Shown: positions 23,958 to 34,238 of the stretch, piece after piece | Layout of the letters: each line of letters starts with the position of its first letter | Numbering within the stretch: position 1 is the first letter of the stretch | Source of the DNA: an uncultured Gammaproteobacteria bacterium | GTDB taxonomy: Bacteria > Pseudomonadota > Gammaproteobacteria > UBA9214 | Direction: 5' to 3' | Length of the DNA: 64,000 nt | Assembly (NCBI GenBank): GCA_963748215.1 | Contig: CAVVHS010000006.1 | Location: 256,001-320,000 of the forward strand | Made by a program: the position numbers and the translations under genes | Notes under the pieces: model-generated | The model's database searches: none | Told to the model about the DNA's origin: nothing | What the model saw: the letters and a program-made list of their open reading frames with translations, nothing else

Positions 23958-24313
23958 AAGGAGGCATCCTGCCTGTGAATATCGTCTTCCTCGATGCTGC
24001 CGTAGGCCTCGCGGATACGCACCACCAGTGCCAGCCCGAGGGCGGTGGTGGAGACGCCGACCACGATCGCGGTCAGTATCAGCACGTAGGGTAGCGGGTT
24101 CGAATGGCGGGTGAAGCCCTCGGCGATGATCGGCGTGGTGCCGCCGCTGAGATTGCCGATGCTGATGTAGAGCAGGAACACCGAGGTCTGGAAGATGTTG
24201 AGGCCGGCGATCTTCTTGATCAGGTTGCCTCGGCTGATCACGATATAGAAGCCGGTCATCATCAGCAGGATGACGACCCAGTAGTTGTAATGCCCGAGGA
24301 TAAACCCGGTCAC
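23954..24313 (-). CDS. mrpC: Mrp antiporter subunit C
   Basis: NLIKK, NPLP.VLILTAIVVG. Confidence 0.88.
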   Translation of the reverse strand: MTGFILGHYNYWVVILLMMTGFYIVISRGNLIKKIAGLNIFQTSVFLLYISIGNLSGGTTPIIAEGFTRHSNPLPYVLILTAIVVGVSTTALGLALVVRIREAYGSIEEDDIHRQDASL

Positions 24314-24729
24314 GGCCGGTTGCGTCCCGCGAAGGCGAAAAAGATCAGCAGCATGACGGAGGCGACGGTCATGCCGACACCGGCCTCGATGATCAGGATG
24401 CCGAGGTGCTGGCCCGCGACCGGCGTGGCGGCCAGTACGCTGTAGTCGAGAAAGCGTCCGCCCTCGAACAGCGTGACGAAACCGGTGCCGGTGTAAATCA
24501 GCACGCCGAGGCTGGCGAATGTGCGCAGCAGCCAGCCCGGGATGATGCGCTCGGCACTGTCGAGTCCGAATACCAGGGTATACAGGATGAATCCGGCACT
24601 GAAGATCACACCGGCCTGGAAACCGCCGCCCGGCCCGAAGTCGCCGTGAAATTGCACGTACAGGGCAAACAGCAGGATGACCGGCACGATGAACTTGGCG
24701 ATGATCTTGAGGATGAGATTGTGCTTCAC
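24310..24729 (-). CDS. mrpB: Mrp antiporter subunit B (C-terminal module)
   Basis: HGDFGPGGGFQAG; GTG at 24729. Confidence 0.85.
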   Translation of the reverse strand: MKHNLILKIIAKFIVPVILLFALYVQFHGDFGPGGGFQAGVIFSAGFILYTLVFGLDSAERIIPGWLLRTFASLGVLIYTGTGFVTLFEGGRFLDYSVLAATPVAGQHLGILIIEAGVGMTVASVMLLIFFAFAGRNRP

Positions 24730-25277
24730 GATTTGTCCTGGTCGTCGTCGTTGCGTCGCCGGCCCAGCAACAGCAGTACGCCGATACCCGCAGTGAAGAT
24801 CACCGTCACTTCCCCGAGCGTGTCGAAGCCGCGGTAGCTCGCCAGCACGGCCGTCACCAGGTTGGGTACGCCGGTCTCCATCAGTCCATGCTCTATATAG
24901 CGCGGCGCCACGTGCAGGTGGGCAGGCGCCTGCGGATCGCCGAATGCCGGTATGTCGATCGTGCCGTAGGCCAGCGCAAGTCCGGTGATCGTCACCACGA
25001 CGAGCGGCAGCCAGGGCTGGTGGGCAGGGGCCTTTTCCTCGCGCATACCGGTCAGCGCCAGCGTGGCCAGCATCAGGACGGTGGAGATACCGGCCCCGAC
25101 CGAGGCCTCGGTGAAGGCGACGTCGGCGGCATCCATGACGGTGAACAGGCCGGCGGAGAGCAGGCTGAAAATGCCGAACAGCATGATGATGGCGAACAGG
25201 CTGCGCATGCGCAGGATGGATATGGCGGTGATCGCCATGAATGCCAGCAGGGTGACGTCGATCAGCGATTCGATCAT
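24726..25277 (-). CDS. DUF4040 / MrpB N-terminal module
   Basis: AADVAFTEASVGAG, NLVTAVLASYRGFDTLGE. Confidence 0.85.
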   Translation of the reverse strand: MIESLIDVTLLAFMAITAISILRMRSLFAIIMLFGIFSLLSAGLFTVMDAADVAFTEASVGAGISTVLMLATLALTGMREEKAPAHQPWLPLVVVTITGLALAYGTIDIPAFGDPQAPAHLHVAPRYIEHGLMETGVPNLVTAVLASYRGFDTLGEVTVIFTAGIGVLLLLGRRRNDDDQDKS

Positions 25278-25591
25278 GTGTCCGCCCTGCCATCGTCGTC
25301 GAGCAATGGTTTCAGGCCCGCTTCGGTGGCCGTGTTGGCAAGGGCATGTGCAGCGGTCGGGCTGGTGAGAAACAGGAAGCTGAAAATCAGGAACAGCTTG
25401 AAGGTGTCCAGTGTGAGGCCGGCCTGCAGAGCGAGGCCGAGCAGGAACAGGGCGGCGCACAGCGTGTCCGTGGTGCCGGCGGCATGTACACGGGTGTAGA
25501 AGTCCGGGAAGCGGTGCATGCCGATACCGCCGATCACGCTGAGCACGGCCCCGGCAATCACGCAGCACCAGCTCGCGACTTCAATTATCAT
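25274..25591 (-). CDS. mrpG: Mrp antiporter subunit G
   Basis: RFPDFYTRVHAAG, TSPTAAHALA. Confidence 0.88.
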   Translation of the reverse strand: MIIEVASWCCVIAGAVLSVIGGIGMHRFPDFYTRVHAAGTTDTLCAALFLLGLALQAGLTLDTFKLFLIFSFLFLTSPTAAHALANTATEAGLKPLLDDDGRADT

Positions 25592-25886
25592 TCGCTTGCT
25601 CGCAGCTTTCGGTTTCCCCTTCACCGGCGGTGTGGAAATTGCCCTGTTCGACCAGCTTGAGCACGGCGACCACACTGATGAAATTGATCAGCGCATAGAT
25701 CAGCGCAATGTCGATGATGTCGGTTCGGCCCGACATGAAGGCAAGGACAGCAATCAGCAGTACGGTTTTGGTACCGAACATGTTGACGGCAAGGATGCGG
25801 TCACAAACCGTCGGTCCGAGCAGGGCGCGGGCCAGCGCCAGGCCCATGGTCACCAGGATCGCAGCGGCTGCCACGCCGTATATCAT
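25581..25886 (-). CDS. mrpF: Mrp antiporter subunit F
   Basis: GPTVCDRILA, DIALIYALINF. Confidence 0.88.
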   Translation of the reverse strand: MIYGVAAAAILVTMGLALARALLGPTVCDRILAVNMFGTKTVLLIAVLAFMSGRTDIIDIALIYALINFISVVAVLKLVEQGNFHTAGEGETESCEQANDN

Positions 25887-26365
25887 GTGTAATCCTCCAG
25901 CGGAAAATCGGGAACGATCCTGGCCATGTCGCCGCTCTGCAGCTTGCTGGCGGCCTCCCGGGTCAGGGCATGGACCAGAAGACAGTCCTGGCTGACCCGC
26001 AGGGTGACCGTGCCCGGCGTCAGGGTGATGGAATTCGCGTAAATCACCCGGCCAAGATCCGACTTCTGCGGCAGGGGGACGGTGAACAGCTGCGGGCTGA
26101 TGGTCTTGCCGGGCATTACGATGCAGCGGATGACGTGGAAGTTGGCGACGATCACCTCGGCGATCAGGTAGACCCAGAAACGCAGCAGGCGCAGCGGTAC
26201 GTGTGCGGAATGCCGTTCGAGGTCGACGTTGTCCATGCGCCGGGCGATGGTGACAACAGCAGCCGTCGATAACGCACCCAGTAGCAGTAACAGTGCGTCC
26301 AGGTGCCCGGATAGTCCGAGCCATAGTCCGCTCAGCAGGGCGGCAAGCCTGATCGTGTGTTTCAC
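25883..26365 (-). CDS. mrpE: Mrp antiporter subunit E
   Basis: ANSITLTPGT, LVHAL. Confidence 0.88.
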   Translation of the reverse strand: MKHTIRLAALLSGLWLGLSGHLDALLLLLGALSTAAVVTIARRMDNVDLERHSAHVPLRLLRFWVYLIAEVIVANFHVIRCIVMPGKTISPQLFTVPLPQKSDLGRVIYANSITLTPGTVTLRVSQDCLLVHALTREAASKLQSGDMARIVPDFPLEDYT

Positions 26366-26697
26366 ATCGATACCTTCGGAATTTTTACGTCATCAGCGAC
26401 GCATGATTATGCCATACAGGCTGGAATTTACCGTGCGGTCCGGAGGGCAGGCTTCGCGACTGCCCGGTCGACTGTTACGTGGTTTGCGTGGGCTCGTATT
26501 GCAATCCGATGTGTCTGTCAGAATCGTCAGGTAATTATTAGAAACAACATGCAAATGATTGTAATATATAATATATAATCACAATGTCGCCAGGCTGTGC
26601 CCGGTATCATGGCCAAGGGGTGATGTCGGGTGAAGGGTGCCGGGTTTGACGGGAGGTCGCAGCCGGTGCCGCTCCGGCATGCCGACACCGGGCAAGC

Positions 26698-28161
26698 TCA
26701 GCTGAATGCGCTGCCATTGACCAGGAAATGCACCCAGATGCTCGCCGCGTAACCGAGCAGGATGGCCCAGCTCCACTTCAGGTGCGAAAAAAAGGTGTAG
26801 ATCCCGCGGGCCTGTCCCATGACCGCTACGCCAGCGGCGGAGCCCACTGACAGCATCGAGCCGCCGACACCGGCGGTCAGCGTAACCAGCAGCCACTGTC
26901 CCAGATCCATGTCGGGCAGCATGGCGAGCACCGCGAACATCACCGGGATATTGTCGATGAGTGCCGACAAGAAGCCGACCAGGATGTTCGCCGTGGTGGC
27001 GCCGAGGTCGCCGTACATCAGCTCCGAGCCCAGCGACAGGTAGCCCATGGTGCCGAGTCCGCCGACGCACAGGATGATGCCGTAGAAGAACATAAGGGTA
27101 TCCCACTCGGCCCGTTCCAGTGATTTGAAGATGTTGTACTGCATCGCCGCGTCACCGTCATGCCGTTTGTGTTCCACGCTCTCCATGGCCAGCGCCGTAT
27201 CACCGAGGTCTTCCTCTGCCGGCTCCGGAAAGAAATGATTGCGCCGTTTGAGGTAGTAGCCATAGAACTTCAACAGGCCCAGGCCGGTCATCATGCCCAT
27301 GACCGGTGGCAGGTGCAGGAAGTTGTGTGCGCTGACCGCCATACTGATGGTGACCAGAAACAGGCCGACGATGACCCAGGCGCCGTGCTGCAGGTTTGCC
27401 TGCTCGCTGATCGGATCGGGCGACCCCTTGCTGACGACCAGGCTCATGAGAAAGGCCGGTATCAGCCAGTTGACCAGGGAGGGAAGGAACAGCATGAAGA
27501 ACTGGTGGAATTCGACGATGCCTTTCTGCCAGACCATGAGCGTGGTGATGTCGCCGAAGGGCGAGAAGGCGCCGCCGGCATTCGCGGCGACCACGATGTT
27601 GATGCAGGCCACGCCGACGAACCGGGTGTTGGCGCCGCCGACGGCAATGGCAACCGTGGAAAGCAGCAGGGCGGTGGTCAGGTTGTCCGCGATCGGGGAC
27701 ATCATGAAGGCCAGCGCGCCGGTGATCCAGAAGATGGTGCGCAGCGAATAGCCCTGTGAGACCAGCTTGACGCGCAGTACGTCGAATACGCCGCGCTCGT
27801 CCATGGCGTTGATGTAGGTCATCGCCGCGAGCAGGAACAGGAACAGTTCGGCGAACTCGAGCAGGTTGTGGCGTACCGCAACCTCGGCCGTGTGCGTGTC
27901 GCCGTGCTGAGCGTAGACGACGGCCACCAGGGTCCAGATGATACCGGCCGCGACCATGACCGGCTTGGACTTGCGCAGGTGCAGCGTTTCCTCGGCAATG
28001 ACCAGGCTGTAGGCAATGAAGAACACGGCCAGCGCGGCGAAGCCGGCCCAGTGCGTTGTCAGGTCGAGGACTTGCGAGTGACCGGTGTCGGCGGCGAAAG
28101 CGGCCAGCGGAAAGACGCTGCCCGTGCTGGCCAGCAGTACCCGTGTAGACAAACGCATCAT
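26698..28161 (-). CDS. nhaD: NhaD-type Na+/H+ antiporter
   Basis: LRKSKP, LLAAMTYIN, SPIADNLTT, ANAGGAFSPFGDITT, DNIPV, SVGSAAGVA. Confidence 0.9.
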   Translation of the reverse strand: MMRLSTRVLLASTGSVFPLAAFAADTGHSQVLDLTTHWAGFAALAVFFIAYSLVIAEETLHLRKSKPVMVAAGIIWTLVAVVYAQHGDTHTAEVAVRHNLLEFAELFLFLLAAMTYINAMDERGVFDVLRVKLVSQGYSLRTIFWITGALAFMMSPIADNLTTALLLSTVAIAVGGANTRFVGVACINIVVAANAGGAFSPFGDITTLMVWQKGIVEFHQFFMLFLPSLVNWLIPAFLMSLVVSKGSPDPISEQANLQHGAWVIVGLFLVTISMAVSAHNFLHLPPVMGMMTGLGLLKFYGYYLKRRNHFFPEPAEEDLGDTALAMESVEHKRHDGDAAMQYNIFKSLERAEWDTLMFFYGIILCVGGLGTMGYLSLGSELMYGDLGATTANILVGFLSALIDNIPVMFAVLAMLPDMDLGQWLLVTLTAGVGGSMLSVGSAAGVAVMGQARGIYTFFSHLKWSWAILLGYAASIWVHFLVNGSAFS

Positions 28162-28456
28162 GCAAATTCTCCCTGTTATGGCGACGGATTTTACGTGCTA
28201 GTGATGTCGGTAGCGGTGTTGTGTTGCCGAAATCAGGCTCTGCGCCCTGCGCCATAAGCCCGAACGCGGGCCGTCTTCCCTGGCGTCAATTTACGACAGG
28301 GGGGATAATAACCCAGCAGTCAACAGTCACATAATCGGTAGCCCGGCAAGCCGGACGCGCGATTGCTGGCGCAGTGTATGACCATGACATGCAGATGCAT
28401 TGCAGCCCGTTTCCTGATGCCGCTCACGCCGGCGGAACCCGCAGCCGATCATGCAC

Positions 28457-31400
28457 TCATTCCTGCTGACTGCCAGACTCGTGGTTGTCGCTGCGGTCAC
28501 CCAGCAGCCGGCGTACCACCACGAAGAACACCGGCACGAACAGCACGCCGAGCAGGGTGGCGCCGACCATGCCGCCCATCACCCCCGTGCCGATGGCGTG
28601 GCGGCTGTTGGCGCCGGCGCCGGTTGAGACGGCCAGCGGCATCACGCCGAGAATGAAGGCGATGGAGGTCATCAGTATGGGCCGGAAGCGCAACCGGCAG
28701 GCCTCCAGCGTGGCATCCAGCAGGCCGCGACCCTGCTGACGCATGGTGTTGGCGAACTCGATGATCAGGATCGCGTTCTTGGCGGACAGGCCGATGACCG
28801 CGATCAGGCCGACCTTGAAATAGACGTCGTTCTCCAGCCCGCGCAGCCAGGTGAAGCTGAGCGCGCCGAGCACGCCCAGCGGTACCACCAGCATTACCGC
28901 TGCCGGTATCGACCAGCTTTCATACAATGCTGCCAGCGCGAGAAATACGATCAGCAGCGACAGGGCGAACAGGATCGGCGCCTGCTGACCGGAGATGATC
29001 TCCTGCAGCGACTGGCCCGACCACTCGTAACCGATGCCCGCGGGCAGATCCTCACGGACGATCTCCTGCATCGCCGCCATGGCCTGCCCGGAGCTGTATC
29101 CCGGTGCGGCGGCGCCGTTGATCTGGATCGCGGGTTGGCCGTTGTAGTGGTCGATCGCCGGTGGAGCAATCGCCCAGCTCGAGGACACCACGCTGGACAG
29201 TGGCACCATGTCGTCGACGCCGCCCGTGCTGCGGGGGATATAGTAATGCTTCAGGTCATCGACCTGGCTGCGGTACTCGGCATCTGCCTGCAGCAGCACC
29301 TTGAGCACACGCCCCTTGTAGTTGAAGTCGTTGGCATACACCGGCGCCAGCATCAGGCGGATGGTGTCGTAGATGTCCGCCAGCGACAGTCCCATCGACT
29401 GTACCTGCACGCGATCCACCTCGAGTTGCAGTTCGGGCGCCTCCTCCAGCTGGTTGGGCCGTACGCCGTAGAGCAGGGGATTTTTCCCGGCCTTGCCGAG
29501 CAGGATGTTACGCGCGGCAAGCAGCTGTTCATGTCCCAGGCCCGCGCGGTCCTGGAGGCGGAAATCGAAGCCGCCGAAACTTCCCAGGCCGCGGATGGTG
29601 GGCAGGTTGATGACAAACATGCGCGCGCCCTTGATCGACTGCAGCGCACCGTTTGCCCACTGGATGAAAGGCTTGAGCTGCTCATCCGCTGCACGGCGCT
29701 CGTCCCAGTCCTTGAGACGGATGAAGCCGAGACCGACATTCTCGCCCTGGCCGACGAAGCTGAAGCCCGCCACGTCGAACACCTTGTCCACGGCCGGGCT
29801 TTGCTTGAGGATGGTCTCCATCTGTCGCAGCACGCCGCCGGTGCGCTCCATGTTGGCACCGGGCGGCAGCATCACGATCGCCAGTACGTAGCCCTGGTCT
29901 TCCTCGGGCAGGAAACTGCCCGGCAGCCGGGTGAAGAGCAGGATCGCCACCCCGACCAGCAGGACAAAGGCCGCCATCCAGCGCGGTGTGTGGCGGATCG
30001 ACTGCTTCACGCGCGCCAGGTAGGCGCTGGCCAGTCCGCCGTAAAGGCGGTTGAAGCCGCGCAGCAAGCGGTTGGGTTCGCCGTGCGCCGGCTTGAGCAG
30101 GGTGGCGCACAGCGCCGGCGTGAAACTGAGTGCCATGAAGGCCGAGATTCCCATCGAGATGGCAATGGTCAGCGAGAACTGGCGATAGATCACACCCACG
30201 CTGCCGCCGACCAGCGCCATGGGGATGAACACCGCCGCCAGCACCGTGGTCATGGCGATCACTGCGCCGGTGATCTGGTCCATGGCCTTGCGCGTCGCCT
30301 CCTTCGGCGACAGCCCTTCCTCGGTCATGATGCGTTCCACGTTTTCCACCACGACGATGGCATCGTCCACGACCAGGCCGATGGCGAGCACCAGACCGAA
30401 CAGGGTGAGTACATTGATGGAGAAGCCGGCCAGGTACATGCCGGCGAAGGCGCTGGTCAGCGCGACCGGTACCACCAGCGTGGGGATCAGCGTCGCACGC
30501 AGATTCTGCAGGAACAGCAGGATCACCAGGAACACCAGCACCACCGCCTCGAACAGGGTAAACACCACCTCCTGGATGGAGATGCTGATGAACTGGGTGC
30601 TGTCGTAGGGCACCAGCCAGCTCACGCCGGGCGGAAAGTAGGCGTCGAGCTCATCCATCTTGGCGCGCACCGCGGCGGCCACCTGCAGGGCGTTTGCATC
30701 CGGTGCGAGCAGGATGGCGAAGCCGGCGATGGGATCGCCGTCGAGGTGGACGTCATGGCCGTAGGACTCGGCGCCGAGCGTCACCCGGGCGACGTCCCGC
30801 AGGTGCACGCTGCTGCCGTCCAGGCTGGTGCGCAGGATGATGTCACTGAACTGTTCCGTCGACGTGAAGCGGCTGGCGGCGTTGACCGAGGCGCTGAAGC
30901 CCTGGCCCGGCGGTGCCGGTTCCGCCCCCAGGTAGCCGGCGGCGATCTGCACGTTCTGTGCACGTACCGCGTCGAGCACCTGCGAGGCGCTCAGGCCGTA
31001 ACCGTGCAGCTGGTCCGGGTTGAGCCAGATGCGCATGGCATAGGCAGCGCCGAACAGGTTGGCGTCGCCGACGCCGGGCAGGCGCCGGATCGGATCGAGC
31101 ACCTGGGCGGCGATCAGGTTGTTGAGGGCATAGGTGTCCATGGCGGGGTCCGTGGATTGCAGCGCCACCACCATGAGGAAATCGTTATTGGCCTTGGACA
31201 CGGTGATGCCGTTCTGCACCACCTCCTGCGGCAGCCGCGCCTGCGCGATACTGAGGCGGTTCTGCACCTGCACCTGCGCGATGTCGGGAACGGTGCCGCT
31301 CTCGAAGGTCAGGGTGATCTGCGCCGTGCCGTTGGAACGCGAGGTCGATTCGAAATAGAGCAGGTTGTCGACGCCGGTCAGCTGCTGCTCGATCACCGAG

Positions 31401-31585
31401 GTGACGGTCTTCTCGATCACCTCTGCGCTGGCACCGGGATAGACGGCGTTGATGCTGATCTGGGGTGGTGCAATCGGTGGATAGGCCGACACCGGCAGCT
31501 CGAAAATGGCGGCGCCGCCGGCCAGGGTGATGAGGATGGCGATCACCCAGGCGAAGATCGGCCGGTCGATGAAAAAACGTGGCAT
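28457..31585 (-). CDS. HAE1 RND efflux permease (AcrB/MexB family)
   Basis: FFIDRPIFAWV, GLVVDDAIVVVENVER, LSAKNAILI, RFRPILMTS. Confidence 0.95.
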   Translation of the reverse strand: MPRFFIDRPIFAWVIAILITLAGGAAIFELPVSAYPPIAPPQISINAVYPGASAEVIEKTVTSVIEQQLTGVDNLLYFESTSRSNGTAQITLTFESGTVPDIAQVQVQNRLSIAQARLPQEVVQNGITVSKANNDFLMVVALQSTDPAMDTYALNNLIAAQVLDPIRRLPGVGDANLFGAAYAMRIWLNPDQLHGYGLSASQVLDAVRAQNVQIAAGYLGAEPAPPGQGFSASVNAASRFTSTEQFSDIILRTSLDGSSVHLRDVARVTLGAESYGHDVHLDGDPIAGFAILLAPDANALQVAAAVRAKMDELDAYFPPGVSWLVPYDSTQFISISIQEVVFTLFEAVVLVFLVILLFLQNLRATLIPTLVVPVALTSAFAGMYLAGFSINVLTLFGLVLAIGLVVDDAIVVVENVERIMTEEGLSPKEATRKAMDQITGAVIAMTTVLAAVFIPMALVGGSVGVIYRQFSLTIAISMGISAFMALSFTPALCATLLKPAHGEPNRLLRGFNRLYGGLASAYLARVKQSIRHTPRWMAAFVLLVGVAILLFTRLPGSFLPEEDQGYVLAIVMLPPGANMERTGGVLRQMETILKQSPAVDKVFDVAGFSFVGQGENVGLGFIRLKDWDERRAADEQLKPFIQWANGALQSIKGARMFVINLPTIRGLGSFGGFDFRLQDRAGLGHEQLLAARNILLGKAGKNPLLYGVRPNQLEEAPELQLEVDRVQVQSMGLSLADIYDTIRLMLAPVYANDFNYKGRVLKVLLQADAEYRSQVDDLKHYYIPRSTGGVDDMVPLSSVVSSSWAIAPPAIDHYNGQPAIQINGAAAPGYSSGQAMAAMQEIVREDLPAGIGYEWSGQSLQEIISGQQAPILFALSLLIVFLALAALYESWSIPAAVMLVVPLGVLGALSFTWLRGLENDVYFKVGLIAVIGLSAKNAILIIEFANTMRQQGRGLLDATLEACRLRFRPILMTSIAFILGVMPLAVSTGAGANSRHAIGTGVMGGMVGATLLGVLFVPVFFVVVRRLLGDRSDNHESGSQQE

Positions 31586-31597
31586 GGGTGTATTGCC

Positions 31598-32728
31598 TTA
31601 GTGTGCGGTTGCAGTGTCTGCGGGGATGTTCGCCGCTACCGCTCTGGCGGTGCCGCCCGGCTGCACCTTCTGCAGTCCCTCGACGATCACCTGTTCGCCG
31701 TCACTCAGCGCGCCCGTGACAATCCAGCCGGTCCGGGTCATGCCATGGGTCTGCAGGCGGCGTTGTACCACCTTGCCTTGTGCATCGACCGTCAGGGCAT
31801 AGGCACCCTGGTTGTCACGTACCACGGCGGCCTGCGGCAGGACGAAGGCACCGTCGATCACGCCGGTCGTCAGCCGCAGCTTGACGAACATGCCCGGCAG
31901 CAGCTGGTGGTCCGGGTTGGGCAGCACGGCGCGCAGCGACAGGGCGCCCGTGCCGGGGTCGACCGCGAGGTCGGAAAAATCGAGCGTGCCGGCCTGCGGG
32001 TAGGGTGTGCCGTCCGGGAGCGCAACCTCCACCCGTGCCTCGGATGAACCTGCACCACCCTGCAGTTCACGCAGCTCGCTCACCGAAAGACTGAAGTTCA
32101 CATACACCGGGTCGATCTGCTCGATGGCGGTCAGCCAGGTCGCCTCGCCCTGGCCGACCAGGGCACCTTCGGTCACCTGCGAGCGCCCGGCACGCCCGGC
32201 GATCGGAGCAGTGACGGTGGCGTAGCCCAGGTCGAGCTGCGCGCTTTCCACGTCGGCCTGGGCCTGCTTGACGGCGGCCGCCGTGCTGCGCTCGCTGGCC
32301 AGCGCGTTGTCCAGGTCCTGGGTCGAGATCAGCTGTTTCTCCGCTAGCTCGCGGTAGCGCTTGGCGGTGGCGGCGGCATTGGTAGCATCGGCGCGTGCCC
32401 TGGCCAGCGCTGCCTCGTGGGCATGCAGTGCCGCCTCCAGCGGGGCGGGGTCGATGCGGTACAGCACCGCGTTCTGTGCGACATCGGTGCCTTCCCGGTA
32501 GACACGCTCGAGGATGATGCCCGCCACCCGCGCGCGCACCTGTGCGACCCGGGTCGGCGCCAGCCGGCCGACGAGTTCGCGGATCAGCGGCACCGACTCG
32601 GGATGGACCTCGAGGACCGCGACTTCCGCCGGCGGCGGTGCCGCGGGGGGCTGTGACGAGGTCTGGTCGCAGGCAGCCAGCAGCAGGCACAGGCCAGGCA
32701 ACAGGGAGGATAACCGGTGTTGTTTCAT
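31598..32728 (-). CDS. RND periplasmic adaptor lipoprotein (AcrA/MexA family)
   Basis: Lipobox LAAC, VRARVAG, TAPIAG, LLPGMFV. Confidence 0.92.
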   Translation of the reverse strand: MKQHRLSSLLPGLCLLLAACDQTSSQPPAAPPPAEVAVLEVHPESVPLIRELVGRLAPTRVAQVRARVAGIILERVYREGTDVAQNAVLYRIDPAPLEAALHAHEAALARARADATNAAATAKRYRELAEKQLISTQDLDNALASERSTAAAVKQAQADVESAQLDLGYATVTAPIAGRAGRSQVTEGALVGQGEATWLTAIEQIDPVYVNFSLSVSELRELQGGAGSSEARVEVALPDGTPYPQAGTLDFSDLAVDPGTGALSLRAVLPNPDHQLLPGMFVKLRLTTGVIDGAFVLPQAAVVRDNQGAYALTVDAQGKVVQRRLQTHGMTRTGWIVTGALSDGEQVIVEGLQKVQPGGTARAVAANIPADTATAH

Positions 32729-32825
32729 GAGGATCCTTCTCTGCGCTGCTTATGCCCGTCGACGGATGATGGATTGTAGTCCACCTGTTGCGATACTTCA
32801 GATAAAGTGTGACATCCGGCGAATA

Positions 32826-33879
32826 TTAAAATACGACGGTTTCCCCGTGCCTGGGTACCAGGAACACGTCGTCGGGCAGCTGTTGCTCCCGCAAGGCCTG
32901 CCGCAGCCGCCGCGGCGGTTCATCCAGCGGTTCGTCGGTGAGGATGTAGGTGCCCCAGTGAATGGCGATCGGATTGCACGGCCCTGATGTCCTGATGTAC
33001 GTTCACCGCCTCTTCCGGGTTGAGGTGCTTGCTTTTCATGAACCAGCGCGGTTCATAGGCGCCGATGGGGATGGCCGCCAGGTCGAAGGGTCCCAGACGC
33101 TCGCCGATCTCCCGGAACATGGGCTGGTAATAACCGGAATCGCCGCAAAAAAAGAAATTGAACGTTGGTGAGCGGATGGCCCAGCCGGCCCACAGGGTGG
33201 TGTTGGTCGCGAACGGCGTACGTTTGCTCCAGTGCTGGGCGGGCACGGCGGTCAGGCTGATGCCTGGCTGCCGGTACGATTCCCACCAGTCCAGTTCCAC
33301 CACCCGCGTGATGCCAAGATCCCGCAGCCAGGCCCCGAGTTTCAACGGCACGACAAAGGTCGTCAGCTCGCCCCCGGGCCGCTGGAACAGGCCGCGGATG
33401 GAAGCCGCATCCAGCGAGTCATAGTGATCGTGGGAAATCACCACGTAATCGATGGCCGGCAGGTCTGCCAGGCTGATGCCCGGTGCCACCACCCGCTGCG
33501 GGCCTGCCCATTGCACGGGCGAGGCGCGCTGTGAGAACTGCGGGTCGGTAAGGATATTAAAGCCATCCATTTGCACCAGCAGGGTCGCGTGACCGATCCA
33601 GGTTGCGGTGGTAGCGGAGCGGTTGTGCCGGAGAAAGGCAATGTCCGGTTCGGCGCGCGGGAAATCATAGGCATCGCGTTCGGGAATCGTCTTGCCCAGC
33701 CGTTGCCAGCGCCATTTCAGGAAATCCAGCAGGCCGGTGGTTTCCCGTTCCTGGGGATTGATAAAACCGTTTTCCGTGTGATGCGGCTTGCCGGCCTGCA
33801 GGGGCTGGGCGGCACAGGCCGTGACGGCCAGTATTGCCACTGTGAAAACAACCGTGTGCAAATATCCTGTAGTTATCAT
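32826..33879 (-). CDS. MBL-fold hydrolase (RomA/NAPE-PLD-like), frameshift ~32970
   Basis: WIGHAT, ISHDHYD, AQHWS, GDSGY, PIGAYEPRWF; IHWGTY in the shifted frame, TAA at 32826. Confidence 0.85.
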
Positions 33880-34238
33880 TCCGTTTCACACTCTTTTCAT
33901 GCCTGATGCAGACCACCAGTATGATTCAATTCAGGGTGGGTTTGAATCCTTTGCTGATGAGGCGACGTGGTGCGGGTTTGCGTCAGCAATTCACGGCGAT
34001 TAAGTTTTCGTTCACTGTAACAAAAGAGTGACAGAAACCGGCCGTCAGTGCGTGCCTTTGCGTGCAGACATTACCTGCTTTGTTTACGAAATGATGCGTC
34101 GTGATTTGTGACAAAGAATGCTGGAGTCGTCCAGACTGCCTGGCAGTATTGTTCAGTTCGCTAACGGGTGAGTGCTTTTGTTTTCTTCATGTCGGTAACG
34201 TGCTGGTCGATCATCGTCCCTGCTTCGATCCTGCCAGG

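Noticed and set aside
28162-28456. Na+/Li+ riboswitch upstream of nhaD
   Set aside because: No recognisable consensus by eye; an Rfam cmscan would be needed.
29135-32047. 970-aa plus-strand ORF and similar long ORFs (e.g. 20971-22677, 7297-8532)
   Set aside because: Antisense shadows of well-supported genes in high-GC DNA, with no motifs.
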